DNA of 64,000 nt from Dimorphilus gyrociliatus (taxonomy: Eukaryota; Animalia; Annelida): the NCBI GenBank assembly GCA_904063045.1, contig CAJFCJ010000056.1:1-64000 (forward strand), read 5' to 3'. This document shows, piece after piece, positions 36,206 to 47,310 of the stretch. Below the pieces are notes generated by a model that did not search any database, had not been told where the DNA came from, and was given only the letters and a program-made list of their open reading frames with translations. How positions within the stretch are numbered: position 1 is the stretch's first letter; each line of letters opens with the position of its first letter. Made by a program: the position numbers and the translations under genes.

Positions 36206-38319
36206 ATTATGAAGTTTTGTTTTCTTGAGTTTGTTTTTTTACAGTTATTATGTTTAAAACAATTTTGAAATTGTTGTATGAAAGTAGCTACTATAATTAT
36301 GAAACTTGACAATTTTCATAAATGGCTTCACATAAAAAAAAGATTGACTAATTGAAAATGAAAAATATAAAGAGGACAAAACCTCTAAAAAATTAATTTA
36401 ATTATTGTTCTAATAATGACTATCACTAATATATTCAAATAATCAATTCTCGAATCTTCTATACTTCATATTAAATTATAATTTATTCAAACAATGTGTA
36501 TTTGTTCTGGAAATAGGATTTTACATGAAAAATTGAGTAAAGGAATCTTGTTTTCAACCAATTAAAAGACACCAGAATGTATTCTTTTATTATAGAAATA
36601 TTTTTATAATTTGGACTGTTGTTTTCATATATACTTTCTTAAATTTTAAATATAGGATTAGGTAAGGAGAAAAGTGTAGAAATGGAATAATTCCCACTGT
36701 TTTAGAAATATTTTTCTCTTCTTACCTCTGAAAGAAGTCTTTCAAAGTTGATAGATTTTTTAAAAAACTGTTGATTTTGATGGCAAATTTTAAATATGTT
36801 AAAAACTATTTTAGCATCAGTAACAATTGAATGAATTGAATAATTTAAATTGTTGATAGTGATTGACTTTTCAAATGACAAATATTTCCAATAGATAGAA
36901 TAATTCCAGTAATTAGTCCACTTAATGGTGCTTTATCACTAGTATCATTTAGAATATTTGAAATTCCTTGGAAAGTTTGTTATATTAAAAATATTTTTCA
37001 ATTTTTTATTATAATTGTACTCAACCAATATAGACAAGTGGTGTCCAAGCCATCATATTCAAATATGATGATGATAATGCAATTAAGAGTTATTGTAAAA
37101 TTGAAAATTTGATGAATTATCTAAATGAATTTGATCTCTTTATGAAGCAATTTCTCTGACAAGTAAAATGTATACTATAGCTATGGTTTGCCTTCCAGCA
37201 CATTCCTTGTGAAAAGTTCCAGAGCAAAGATAATCAATTAATGGTGTCTTATGAACTTTTTATATAATTGATAATCAATTGATAGAGATAAATCACAATT
37301 ATTATTCCCATACAGATTAAAATGTATACATCCTTTGGTTTCCAAAAGCATATATCATTTCGGATTACTGTCTCTATTCTTAAAGTAGATATTCCCATAG
37401 TGTAAGTTGATTTTTTGATGAGTTGTATCCAAGCAATAATGTATTTTATTCATTCTAAATAAATTTCACTGACTTGCTATTTAAAATGTCTGACAAATAA
37501 AGAATTATAAAATGGTTTAGTAGTGGTTTTTAATATTCAGAACTTAGAATCTCCAGAGAATGGAAATCCTCATATATTTCTTTAGAATTAATTAATAAAA
37601 AACAATAATCCTCTGTGGGTAGACTTTCCAAAAAGTCATTTTTGCAAACATTATTTTGATTTCTTTTATATGTCAATACTCACATATATACATTGAAAAC
37701 ACACTGATCACACTTTATAGTTGAAACATGAATTTTTTTGCCAACTCCCTAAACAATAACATTTAATATTTAAAATTTAGTCACTGTACACTTATGAACT
37801 ATAGTTTATAGATATTTTATGAATGATACTTACTATATGGTAGAAGTGTTGAAGTAGATGTTGCCTCCAGCGTAAAGGGTACCCAACTGCCAGAATCAAC
37901 CCCTTTTATAGGCAAAGAATAAAATGTTACATAACAAACATGTTACAAGTGTTTATTTACATAAATATGATGTAAGAATTGACCCTTGAAACCTACACAA
38001 AGTTGTTGTTGTTTACATCACTATTGCATAATATGATAACCCTTAACCCTGTTTGTTGTGAACAATCCTTATCTGGGGTTAGACCCTTGTTATTGACAGC
38101 CAAGGCATAAACAACTGATAAGTAATTGTATAAAAGCAGGGCATAGGCAGTAACAGGCATTCAGTCCTGAATCAACTCCCTTAGTGAACAGGTCTAGTAT
38201 TACTTTAGAATACAGTTATATTATTCTTATGTTTTGGTTCTATATTCATCCTTCATCAATTCTAATCTCCCTTCTAAGTGGCTTACTCCTGGTTCGGTTC
38301 TATTTGGACCAGTACTTAC

Positions 38320-38571
38320 CTACAACCTCAGCAGGAAAGTACAGTCACCAAAGTCAATATCCTCTAAATCACTCAAAATAGGCACATAACCTCTTATAAA
38401 TGACCTACAAGATGGACAATTAGGTTTTGGTAGATTTAATATACAGTTTTTACAGCTTACAACATGACAACAAGGCATTAACAAGACATTAGCAATGTTG
38501 CAGTAACATAGTTTGCACAGAAGATGTTTTGTCTCTTGAAAAGTTTTAATGCCATTTGTCATTGTCAACAA
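38320..38571 (-). CDS. Small IAP-type C3HC4 RING protein (third paralog)
   Basis: LCKLCYCNIANVLLMPCCHVVSCKNC..CPSCRSFIRGYV. Confidence 0.75.
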   Translation of the reverse strand: MLTMTNGIKTFQETKHLLCKLCYCNIANVLLMPCCHVVSCKNCILNLPKPNCPSCRSFIRGYVPILSDLEDIDFGDCTFLLRL

Positions 38572-38805
38572 TGAGTTGAGAAATGTATATTTAAAAAATA
38601 CTTTTTAAAACATTTATAAACAATACTATTGAAAAATTGTCCAATTAGAATCCATTCTAAACTATTGATATTTTTGGAGAAACCAACTGTTTTAAATTAG
38701 AAAGTAAAGAAGTCCCAAAAAAAGATTTTATTAATAAATAACACTTTATTGCGTAATTTTTGTTAAAGAGACTTTTTCTCAGAAATTACATAATACTAAA
38801 AAAAT

Positions 38806-39012
38806 GGGACTGGTCGAAAACAGCCATAAATGAAATATTTGAAAGTTAGATTTCAGCCTGGGAAATGGTCAGGAGGAATAAGATAACTGTTGATATGTTC
38901 TTAGGAGGGTCCCATCTAAGGGTTAGGGGTATTCAAAAAAATTAGCCAAAAACAAGGGCTGGGTTAGGGTTAGGGTAAAACCATACATTTATGGCCGTTT
39001 TCTACCACATCC
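38806..39012. mobile_element. 207-bp MITE with 9-bp TSD TAAAAAAAT
   Basis: TIR gggactggtcgaaaacagccataaatg / catttatggccgttttctaccacatcc; TSD at 38797-38805 and 39013-39021. Confidence 0.9.
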
Positions 39013-39129
39013 TAAAAAAATCTACATTCATTTAACCATTTTGTAAAATAATAGTTTTCAAAAAACCTGTTGCATGCAAATGGTGTACTGACTACATTAT
39101 TAAATACACAAAAAGAGATAATATATATA

Positions 39130-41464
39130 TTCCTCCATTTCCAAACACAAATCTATCTGAACTTGGACCAAATTATATAGCTAGAAAATGCAATTTTACA
39201 AAAATGTTCCCTGTACTTGGTATGTATACTTCATGAAATAAAAATTATACAGAGATTCATTTTAATGGAGATGATAATGAATATGAGTTTTCTGTGGAAA
39301 TTACAAGTATTAAGTATTCTTCTTCTTTTCTGCAACAATATTGCATCTCAATATTTGAAAATGGTCTAGGACCTATAAGATTCTTTTTTCCATCTGAAGG
39401 AGAATATGGTATAAATATTTGTGGACAAAAACGAAAAATTGAACATAATTGTAATTGTTTATGTTTTAAATTTTTTGAAAAAGTACCAGAAAAAAGTTTT
39501 CCTACTATTACTTCACATATTGTTAAAAGTGAAGAAAAAGCAAATTATACTTTAAAATTTCCAGATAATGGAACTAGAACTATTGGCAAACAAACACATT
39601 TCTTTAGGTTAAAATTAAGGATGGAAGATAATTTCCAATCTTATCAAGAATGTTCTAAAAATATACATTTTAAGATATTTAAAAAGATATCATGTCAATT
39701 TAAAATTGAATTAAAATGGTATGATGAAAACAATGAAGGACATGATTTATCTATGTATTCATTCTTTGTAAATAGTTATGAAGATGTTACATTCTACATC
39801 AATTTTCCATTACCAGGAATGTATAAATTTGAAATTGAAGGAAAAGAATTAAATTCCAGAAAAAATTATGAATTGATCTATAATTCTAATTTTTATGCAA
39901 TTGAATCTAATACAAATTCATTTCAATTTCCAATTGTTACTGATAAATGGAGAATTAGTGAAACTCATAAAATTCTTCAACCATTTAGAAAACTCTACTC
40001 AAATGAAAAAGTATTAATACAGATTGAAGGTTTTAAAGCTGATGAAATGATTGCCTGTTGTGTAAATGAAATTTTTCATTTTGACCTCTTTAATGATATA
40101 TGGGAATGTGAAATTGACACTGGTGAAAATTTTGGAGATTTAGTTATTAGAGCAAAAATTTATAAAAATGCAAAAATTTTTACTGAAATTTTAATTTATA
40201 AAAATTTTTAAAAATCCAATTATGAAAATGGATAAACCTGCAGTAGAGAATAGTGAAACCACTAGTGAACTGGCTGAACCTGTAATAGGGAATAGTGAAA
40301 TTAACAGTAAACTGGATAAACCTGCAATTGAGAATAGTCAAGCTATTAGTAAAAATGAAAATATAGAGGAGATAAATGCTTCACAAACAATTGATATTTC
40401 TAAAAATGAAGTATCTGATGAAAATGATTTTATTAAAGTAATGAAATATGTGCCAAATGTTCAATTTGAGACAATTGAAAATGCTACTAATATAGAAGAA
40501 ATTGGTGAAATAGATTGGTCATTAAAAATAGAAGAAGTTATCTATATCAGTGAATTTCTACCAGCTGATGACTCTGATGTTGGAGAGGATGAAACTCTTA
40601 AAATAAATGTAAGATATTTGTAAATAATGATTTATTCTCTTTTGTAAAAGGATTATTTCTTTCTAAAGGAGAATGAAAATGAAGAAGGTAAAGAAATGTC
40701 AAAAAAAATTGTAAATAATTCAGAAGAAACTGCAGGAAAGCCAGGTAATAGAAATGATGAAAAGGAAGAGAAATCACAGCAACAACATACTAATCAGGAA
40801 GATGTAGCAAAGAAGGCATTAGGTAATTAAAATTTCACATCTAGATACTGAAATTGTTAGAAATATCATTAAAAATATTGTAGATTTGAAAAAGGCATAT
40901 GAAGAAAAAGATTATAAAAAGTTAAAAGTAGCTATAGACAAAGCTTCTGTTAAACCAATAAATCCTTTATTAATTAAAGATTTATCAAAAGCTAATGAAT
41001 TAAAAGCAAATTTAGAAAAAATTTGTGGTTTGCAAAACAGGATTTTAAAACTTGATGCAAAATGTATTGCAGAATTAAATCAGTATAATCAACCACCTGC
41101 TGTTGTACATCTGGTTATAAAATCAACATTATTGATTTTATCAATTGATGAAGGACAAACTGATGAATGGAAAGAATGTCAAGTTTTTATTAAATATGCA
41201 TGCTCTTATTCTATTTTAAAGAAAATTAAAGCTCTTAAAATCTTAACTGTAGATCCAGCAATCATTCTCAGAGCTGAACAAATAATTTGTGAATTAAATC
41301 TGCAAGAAGTCAAGGAGGCAAGTGCAGGTGCAGCAGCATTCTATTTATGGTGTAAAGGTAACATTGACATCTATAAAAAGATTAACAAAGAAGAAATAGG
41401 AAAATCACAGCCAGCAACCAGAAAAATACAAAAAAATATCTTTCTATCATCTTTTCATCATTAA
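39130..41464 (+). CDS. Kyphoscoliosis-peptidase/hillarin-like gene (C-terminal Ig-like repeats, acidic linker, dynein-stalk-like tail); N-terminus not seen
   Basis: 39294-40211: VTFYINFPLPGMYKFEI..FP..W..ILQP..WECEIDTG. 40886-41464: KCIAELNQYNQPPAVVHLVIKSTLLIL..W..ASAGAAAFYLWC. Confidence 0.6.
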
Positions 41465-42154
41465 GCTGTTAAGAAGACACTGAGCATGATTGCTTTCTTC
41501 ATGATAGAAACAATAATATCTGTTGAAAAATAAAAGGAGAAGAAATATAGCAGATGAGCTCCACAACAATGTGAGATATTGTACACATCCATTCATCAGT
41601 ATTATTCTGAAACAGATAGTATTGAACTAGTATTGGAGAGTGCTGATAAAACTGCTATAGATTAGCTGGCTTCACCTACTTTCGCCCAAGGCTATGCTTT
41701 TACAATATGCAGCCACATGTTTTATTAAATTACAAAATAACTTTAATATTACAATTGGATTAATATATCAATCTATTAGCTTAAATTGATATTACTTTAA
41801 TTATGGTTTTATTTGGAATTTTAGATTTTAAATCACTATTCAATAGTGTTGTATACACAATACTATTAATATGGATTATTTAGACATGCTTCCTCTGCAT
41901 ACACTGATGCTAAGTTTTTTAAACAGGATAGTTGATTAGATTTATTAAAGTAGAATACAAAATGGGTCAAATATATAATCCACATGTTTTCTTGATTGTT
42001 GGACTTGCTGTATTAAAATTGTTACATCTTATGCAACTGTCCAACCTGTGAAATTCAATTATTATTTAGAAGAGGAAAACAATAAACAGCATGACCATAT
42101 TTACAACTTTACTTTGTCTTAAAATGTTACTTTTCTTTATGTGAACATTGAAAT

Positions 42155-42316
42155 TTGTGAACTATCAACCCTTTGAAGAATATATAAACCTTAAATTAAC
42201 AGTTAATACTTCAGTTTTCTAACTAGCTTAAACAACCAGCTGACAGATAGAGAACTGAACTATCAACTGTTAATTTTGTGGGTTTATATACCCTTTTAAA
42301 GGTTGATAGTTCACAA
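42155..42316. repeat. Small fold-back hairpin (~70-bp arms) terminating a copy of the dispersed repeat
   Basis: ttgtgaactatcaacc...aaattaacag versus ctgttaattt...ggttgatagttcacaa. Confidence 0.85.
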
Positions 42317-42943
42317 TTTGTAAATCTAAATATGATAAACATTTTTTTTATCTAATAGAATTCAATTCATGTACATTTGTTTTGATAAGAACATGTTCTG
42401 GAATAAATCCCCTACATGATGAATATTTCTGGTTTAGAAGACTAGAAATGCACTCTTAACAACTGATAACATGATTGAAGGGATGTATTGAAGGGTCTGT
42501 TAACTTATTGAAGTAAATTTTGCACTTTTAACATGTTTAACATTTTGAAATTCTCTTAATTCAGCATCTGATCAGTTGCCCAAATCTGTATTTAGCTAAG
42601 AAATTTTATGAAATGTGTGGACAAAATTTTATTTATCAATAAAATAGGCATAGGAGAATAATTATTTTTAATGCAATAAATGAGTTATTAGTAATGATTA
42701 CTAAAGTTATTAACTTACTACTATACAGGTCTACATAATTTGAGTGTTTTTGATAATTGTCAATCAAATAGCTATAATTAGTTCTATAAATAGTTCTTTC
42801 ACTAGTTTGCCAATGATTTAGTATAGAAAATAAGAATACATACTTAGGTTAGTTCTATACAATAACACCAATTAATGATTATTTATAAAGATAAATTAAT
42901 TATCCAATCATCAAATTTTTCCATGTTTCACATTTGAGTATAT

Positions 42944-43578
42944 TGTACTGCTCTTGCTGGCAAAATCTATGCGTTTGCAAGTTATAACAATACTGGTTCT
43001 ACTCGAACCTTTAAACAAATGTTTAAATTAAAATGGTTTATTCGCAATAATAATACTTAAGCAAGTAACAATATGAGAGTTCAATAGCAGAGTAGATAGT
43101 TTGTAATAGCAGGTTGCCAAATTACCAAACTGTCTTCCAATGTTGAGGAGTAGATGGATGGTTCCAGTGGAGGTTGTTTCCAGATGATTTTCCCAGGTCC
43201 TTGGGTCCAGATGGAAGCTGCATGCCAAATGAGAATAATGAGGATTTATATACTTTGAGGTTTGTCTCTGACATCCAATCATCACTTTACAGTTGCCAAA
43301 ATGTGTAGTTCATATTTATCTTTAGTAACAGGATGTTACAAGGTTCAACATTTAGGAAGGTTAATTGAATTATAACTTGGCCACACCCTAGGCAAGTTAA
43401 TTAAATTATAACTTGGCCAAACCTTTATTGGTAATTAAAGATGAGCCTTCAAGCTGACTAATCAGACTTATGTTTGGCCAATGTTATAGCATTTTCTTGC
43501 GTAGGTTTTAAGATGTACATGTATATGTTGCATAAAATAATAGAGTTCAAGGATGTAAAATATAACCAAAGTTGTACA
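42944..43578 (-). repeat. 3' LTR
   Basis: Direct repeat of 51625-52259. Confidence 0.97.
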
Positions 43579-43595
43579 ACTTCCCCCTTCTTTGT
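43579..43595 (-). promoter_or_regulatory. Polypurine tract
   Basis: Minus strand caaagaagggggaagt immediately before the 3' LTR. Confidence 0.85.
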
Positions 43596-43609
43596 GAAGA
43601 TGAGTCCCT

Positions 43610-46135
43610 TCATCTTGATTTAATGAGAATTACAGGTGGTTGTTCTTCTTCATTAGTTTGATGTTGACTAAAGCTACAACTTTGTTTCATTAGTTTTGGG
43701 TTTTCAGGAGAGTTATCTGTGCTCTCACTTGGGGTAGCAATTTCTTCTCTTTGTTTTCTTCTTCCAATAATATAGTTGAAAATGATGATACATACCATTG
43801 ACACTACAATACTCAAACAAATATTTCGTATGATAACATAAAGTGTTTTCCCAGGTTTATAGTACCAACTATGGAAAAACTGTTTAATTCCAGATAAATT
43901 GGGTACAATGCCATTTTTCTCTGCAACAGTGACCATGTTATCATACCTTGCCTGCTTCTGTTCCAGTGAACTGATAACTTGCTTAATTTTTGAGTGCTGG
44001 TATGCAATATCCTTCTTTACCCCATGGTGGAGTAGATCAGCTAATCTGGCAATTTCAATTTTTGGTTCAGAAAGGTGATTGTGGATATGTAACTGCATGG
44101 ATTTTGCAGACACAGTGTGAAATCTGCATCCTCTTTCTGAATAATACACATATGTTTTGTCTTTCATTGGTTGGTTTCTTATAGGATTTAATGGGTTGTG
44201 AGTTGTTTTGTAGAATAACTTGTTAGACTTACACTCATTATAGGTAATCTCTTCAGGATTGACTTGCTGTAAAACATGAGTAACTGGTTCTACTTGGAAA
44301 AGCAGGTTGTTCATGGTGACAAGTAAAAATTGAGAACATTTGTTATTCTTTTTTATCATGCTTAAGTCACAAACTACTTCTGTTGAGGCTATTGGTGAAC
44401 ATTGTTTAATTATAGCTAATTCTCCCATCTGACTACTGTGCATTCCCAACTCATTTGTTAACACTGTGGTCAATTGAGGATCCAAATTTGCTAGTAATGC
44501 CATCATTCTGCTTCTTTGAACAAATTGATTGCAGAGAAGACTTGACAGCTGTTGGGTAAACTTTTTTAAATTCTTAAAATTTGAATCAATACCATGTAGT
44601 AAGGTAGATGTTTGGGCAGCTTCTCTCATTTCCAATGGGAATTTGTGGTATGGGTTTTTACTTATCTTATGTTTCAGTTTTGCTTCCTTCTTCATCTGCT
44701 TTTTAGCCATTCTCATGTGTAGAGTAAAATAAATTCCTTCATAGGTAATCTTAAATTCTCTGGCTGGTGGTCCTTTATACCATATGCCCAATGTTGGTAA
44801 TACCTTCTTTTTGATTCTTTTCTCACTGTATACATATTTTGAAATCGTGACAGATTGTCTTGTTGCCCTTGTCCAATTGACTGCTTGCAGCATTTCTTGG
44901 ATATAATAGTTATCCAGCTCCCAGTAAGATGGACTAATGGGTTGTTGTAGATGATATATCACAACTTCCTTGAGTGTGCCTTTATTTCTCATTAGTTTAT
45001 ACTTTGTGTTTGTTTCTCTGTACCATTGGTTAAGACTTGGTAAGGGGTTGTTTCGCTTGTATAGTATAATTTGTTCTTTAACTTTATTGGGATAGTTTAA
45101 TAGTCGTTTTTCTTCATTTTTGCCAATCTTCTGATATTGTAGCAAATTGTATAGGTGTTCCTTGCTTGTTTCCTGTATTAAACTCTGTTCCTCCAGTGGT
45201 ACTAGTACTTTTGTTCCAGGACCACCAATTCCATCAATAAACTTATCTTGATAAGGGATGTCCAGAATAGAATACCCTGGACAAGAATAGTGACCAGCAA
45301 ATTTGATACAACTAATTCTGTTGCTAATTTTTATCCATGGTGATTGTTGCCCAAGTGTGTAATTATTCTTGAGGTTCCTAAAGACAATAATTGCTCTTCT
45401 GTTTCACAATAGGACTGCCCTGGTAAACAATCTTCCAGGTAGTCCAGATTAGTTGTAATTTTCATATTAGGAGGTTGCCAATATGCTTTGCCAAACTGGA
45501 TAATTGTGGTGTATTCCAGCACCTTGGTCGTTGTTGGCCATGTGTAGGCAGCAGGAAACTGATCTTGGTGGATCCAAGTGTTTCTTTTCACCATTAAAGG
45601 TTTTCCTTGAAAAGATCGTTTGTCTTTTATCATCTGTCTGCATTGATCATGAGTTACTTTGATAACTGAGTTAACAATCCTCCTCTTCTTTGCTCCAAAG
45701 AAATAGTAAGTGTAAAAATTAGTTCTTAGATACACTTGACATTTTACTGCTCTTGTTTCAATTTCTTCCAAGTTCAATTCATAGATATCAGCTGTAATTG
45801 TCTTGGTTTCTTGTGATTCTATATTACAAGTTGGCTCATCTGCTAGATCAAATGCCTGGCTTGGTAGTTGGTTAGAACAAAAGTATAACGGTGGTTTAAA
45901 TGTTAAGGTAATGTTTTGCACTTGTAACATGGGCACCTTGGTAGGATGGTTTTGGGACTGTTATTGAGTGGATGCAGCCACAGATCACCATTACAGTCAT
46001 CACTAGTGGAAGCCACAACATCTGTTTCATGTTAGCTCTTCCTGTGTTGGCTATAGTTGAATGGTTGAAAATTTTGTGTTGTTGTTCCACTCTGATAGTT
46101 ATTCCATCTTCTAACTCTATATATTGTGGTTCCAC
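43610..46135 (-). CDS. env: Env-like class III fusion glycoprotein, broken by ~3 frameshifts (45896-46135, 45331-45936, ~45145-45330, 43610-45145)
   Basis: Signal peptide MLWLPLVMTVMVICG; VKC..YFFG..DQC..YTW; LLCNQ..LANLDP..MGELAIIKQC; TM ICLSIVVSMVCIIIFNYIIG; cytoplasmic tail. Confidence 0.75.
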
Positions 46136-46149
46136 TTCTTGTTGGGAAT

Positions 46150-46611
46150 CTAATTGTTCAGAGATGATTTAGTCTCATCTAAAAATATGACTGACTCATT
46201 GTCTGTGTCACTTGTATTTTCTTTCTCATCTTGGGATGAATCTACCACTATGAGGGACTCATTATCTGAATGGGTTATGTCAATAATTTCACCTTCAATA
46301 ATTATTGACTCATTATCCGAATGGGTTATATCAATAATTTCGCTTTCAATAATTATTGACTCATCGTCTGAACTAGATATTTCATCTTCTCTATCAGAGA
46401 TAATGTTTGCCTCTGAATCTGTATTTTGATCCAGTTCATTATTTGTTTCTGTGTCATCACTTTCAGATGAGCTTGAAGGTTCATTGAGACTGTAATTACT
46501 GTCTGTTTTGAAAGTATTGCTTGTGTCATAACCAGTATCAGAATTAGTAACTTCCATCTCTGAGTCATCACTATCTGAACTTTCTGATGAAGAGTCATGC
46601 TGTCCCATCAT
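46150..46611 (-). CDS. Acidic Ser-rich accessory ORF with tandem SIM-like motifs
   Basis: 153 aa; IIIESE, IIDITHSDNE (x2), IIIEGE, LIVVDSSQDE, VIFLDE; 51-bp tandem repeat ~46255-46360. Confidence 0.75.
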   Translation of the reverse strand: MMGQHDSSSESSDSDDSEMEVTNSDTGYDTSNTFKTDSNYSLNEPSSSSESDDTETNNELDQNTDSEANIISDREDEISSSDDESIIIESEIIDITHSDNESIIIEGEIIDITHSDNESLIVVDSSQDEKENTSDTDNESVIFLDETKSSLNN

Positions 46612-46643
46612 GGCTATAGTGACTTTGTTTAGTTGAGGTTGCC

Positions 46644-47310
46644 TTATTCTTTCAGCCAGGTTCCTTTCCTTCTATCAAATTTGAGAGAACACTGTTTAGC
46701 TTCAAAATTGAGGTTTGCTCCCACAGTTTGTAGGAAATCACAACCAAGTATTATTGCTATGTCTAGATTTTCCATAACTATAAATTCTTGTTCCATACTT
46801 TCTCCAGCAAATTGGATATTCAGCTTTACGCTTCCTTTTTGCTTTAAAGCTTTCCCATCAGCTGAAGTTATAATTGGTAAGCCAATTGTTTCTTTATCCA
46901 TAATTGTAACATCCATTAACTTGATTTCTTTTTCAGTAATAAAGGATCTCAATGCTCCTGTGTCACACAAGGCAATGACTTCTTGGCCTTTTTGATTCTT
47001 CAAACGGAATTGGAAGTCATTTCTTCCTTCTACCTGAGAAAGATATTGGAGGTGTGTTATTTCCTTCTCCACAAGGTGAAAGATTGTTGTTGCTTCTTTC
47101 CCTGTTTCCAACTTATTAGATTCATTGGCTAGTCTTAATCTGCTACCATGTACCAACTTGCATGTATTATCATCCATTTGTATTTCATATATCCACTTTT
47201 GATGATTGACTTTTGTTATTCGGTATGGGCCTAACCATTTTAAAGAAGGGATTTTTGTTATTGCAATTCTTGCAGCATCATTTCTTAAGAATACTTCATC
47301 ATCAACCTCA
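46644..47310 (-). CDS. Integrase C-terminal GPY/F module followed in frame by a second retropepsin domain
   Basis: FEVDDEVFLR..KWLGPYRI..VHGSRLRLA then ALCDTGALRSFI..SADG..IILGCDFLQ; separated from the main pol ORF by one frameshift near 47310. Confidence 0.85.

Noticed and set aside
37860-38200. Possible additional solo LTR (TATA-like tataaaag, cattcagtc)
   Set aside because: Termini and TSD could not be defined.
43028-43285. 85-aa ORF duplicated at 51709-51966
   Set aside because: It lies wholly within the LTRs; the duplication is explained by the LTR and it has no recognisable motif.
38320-46611. Split STUbL formed by the Gypsy SIM protein and the stand-alone RINGs
   Set aside because: The only support is proximity; the RINGs are IAP-type, outside the element, and no interaction signal is visible.
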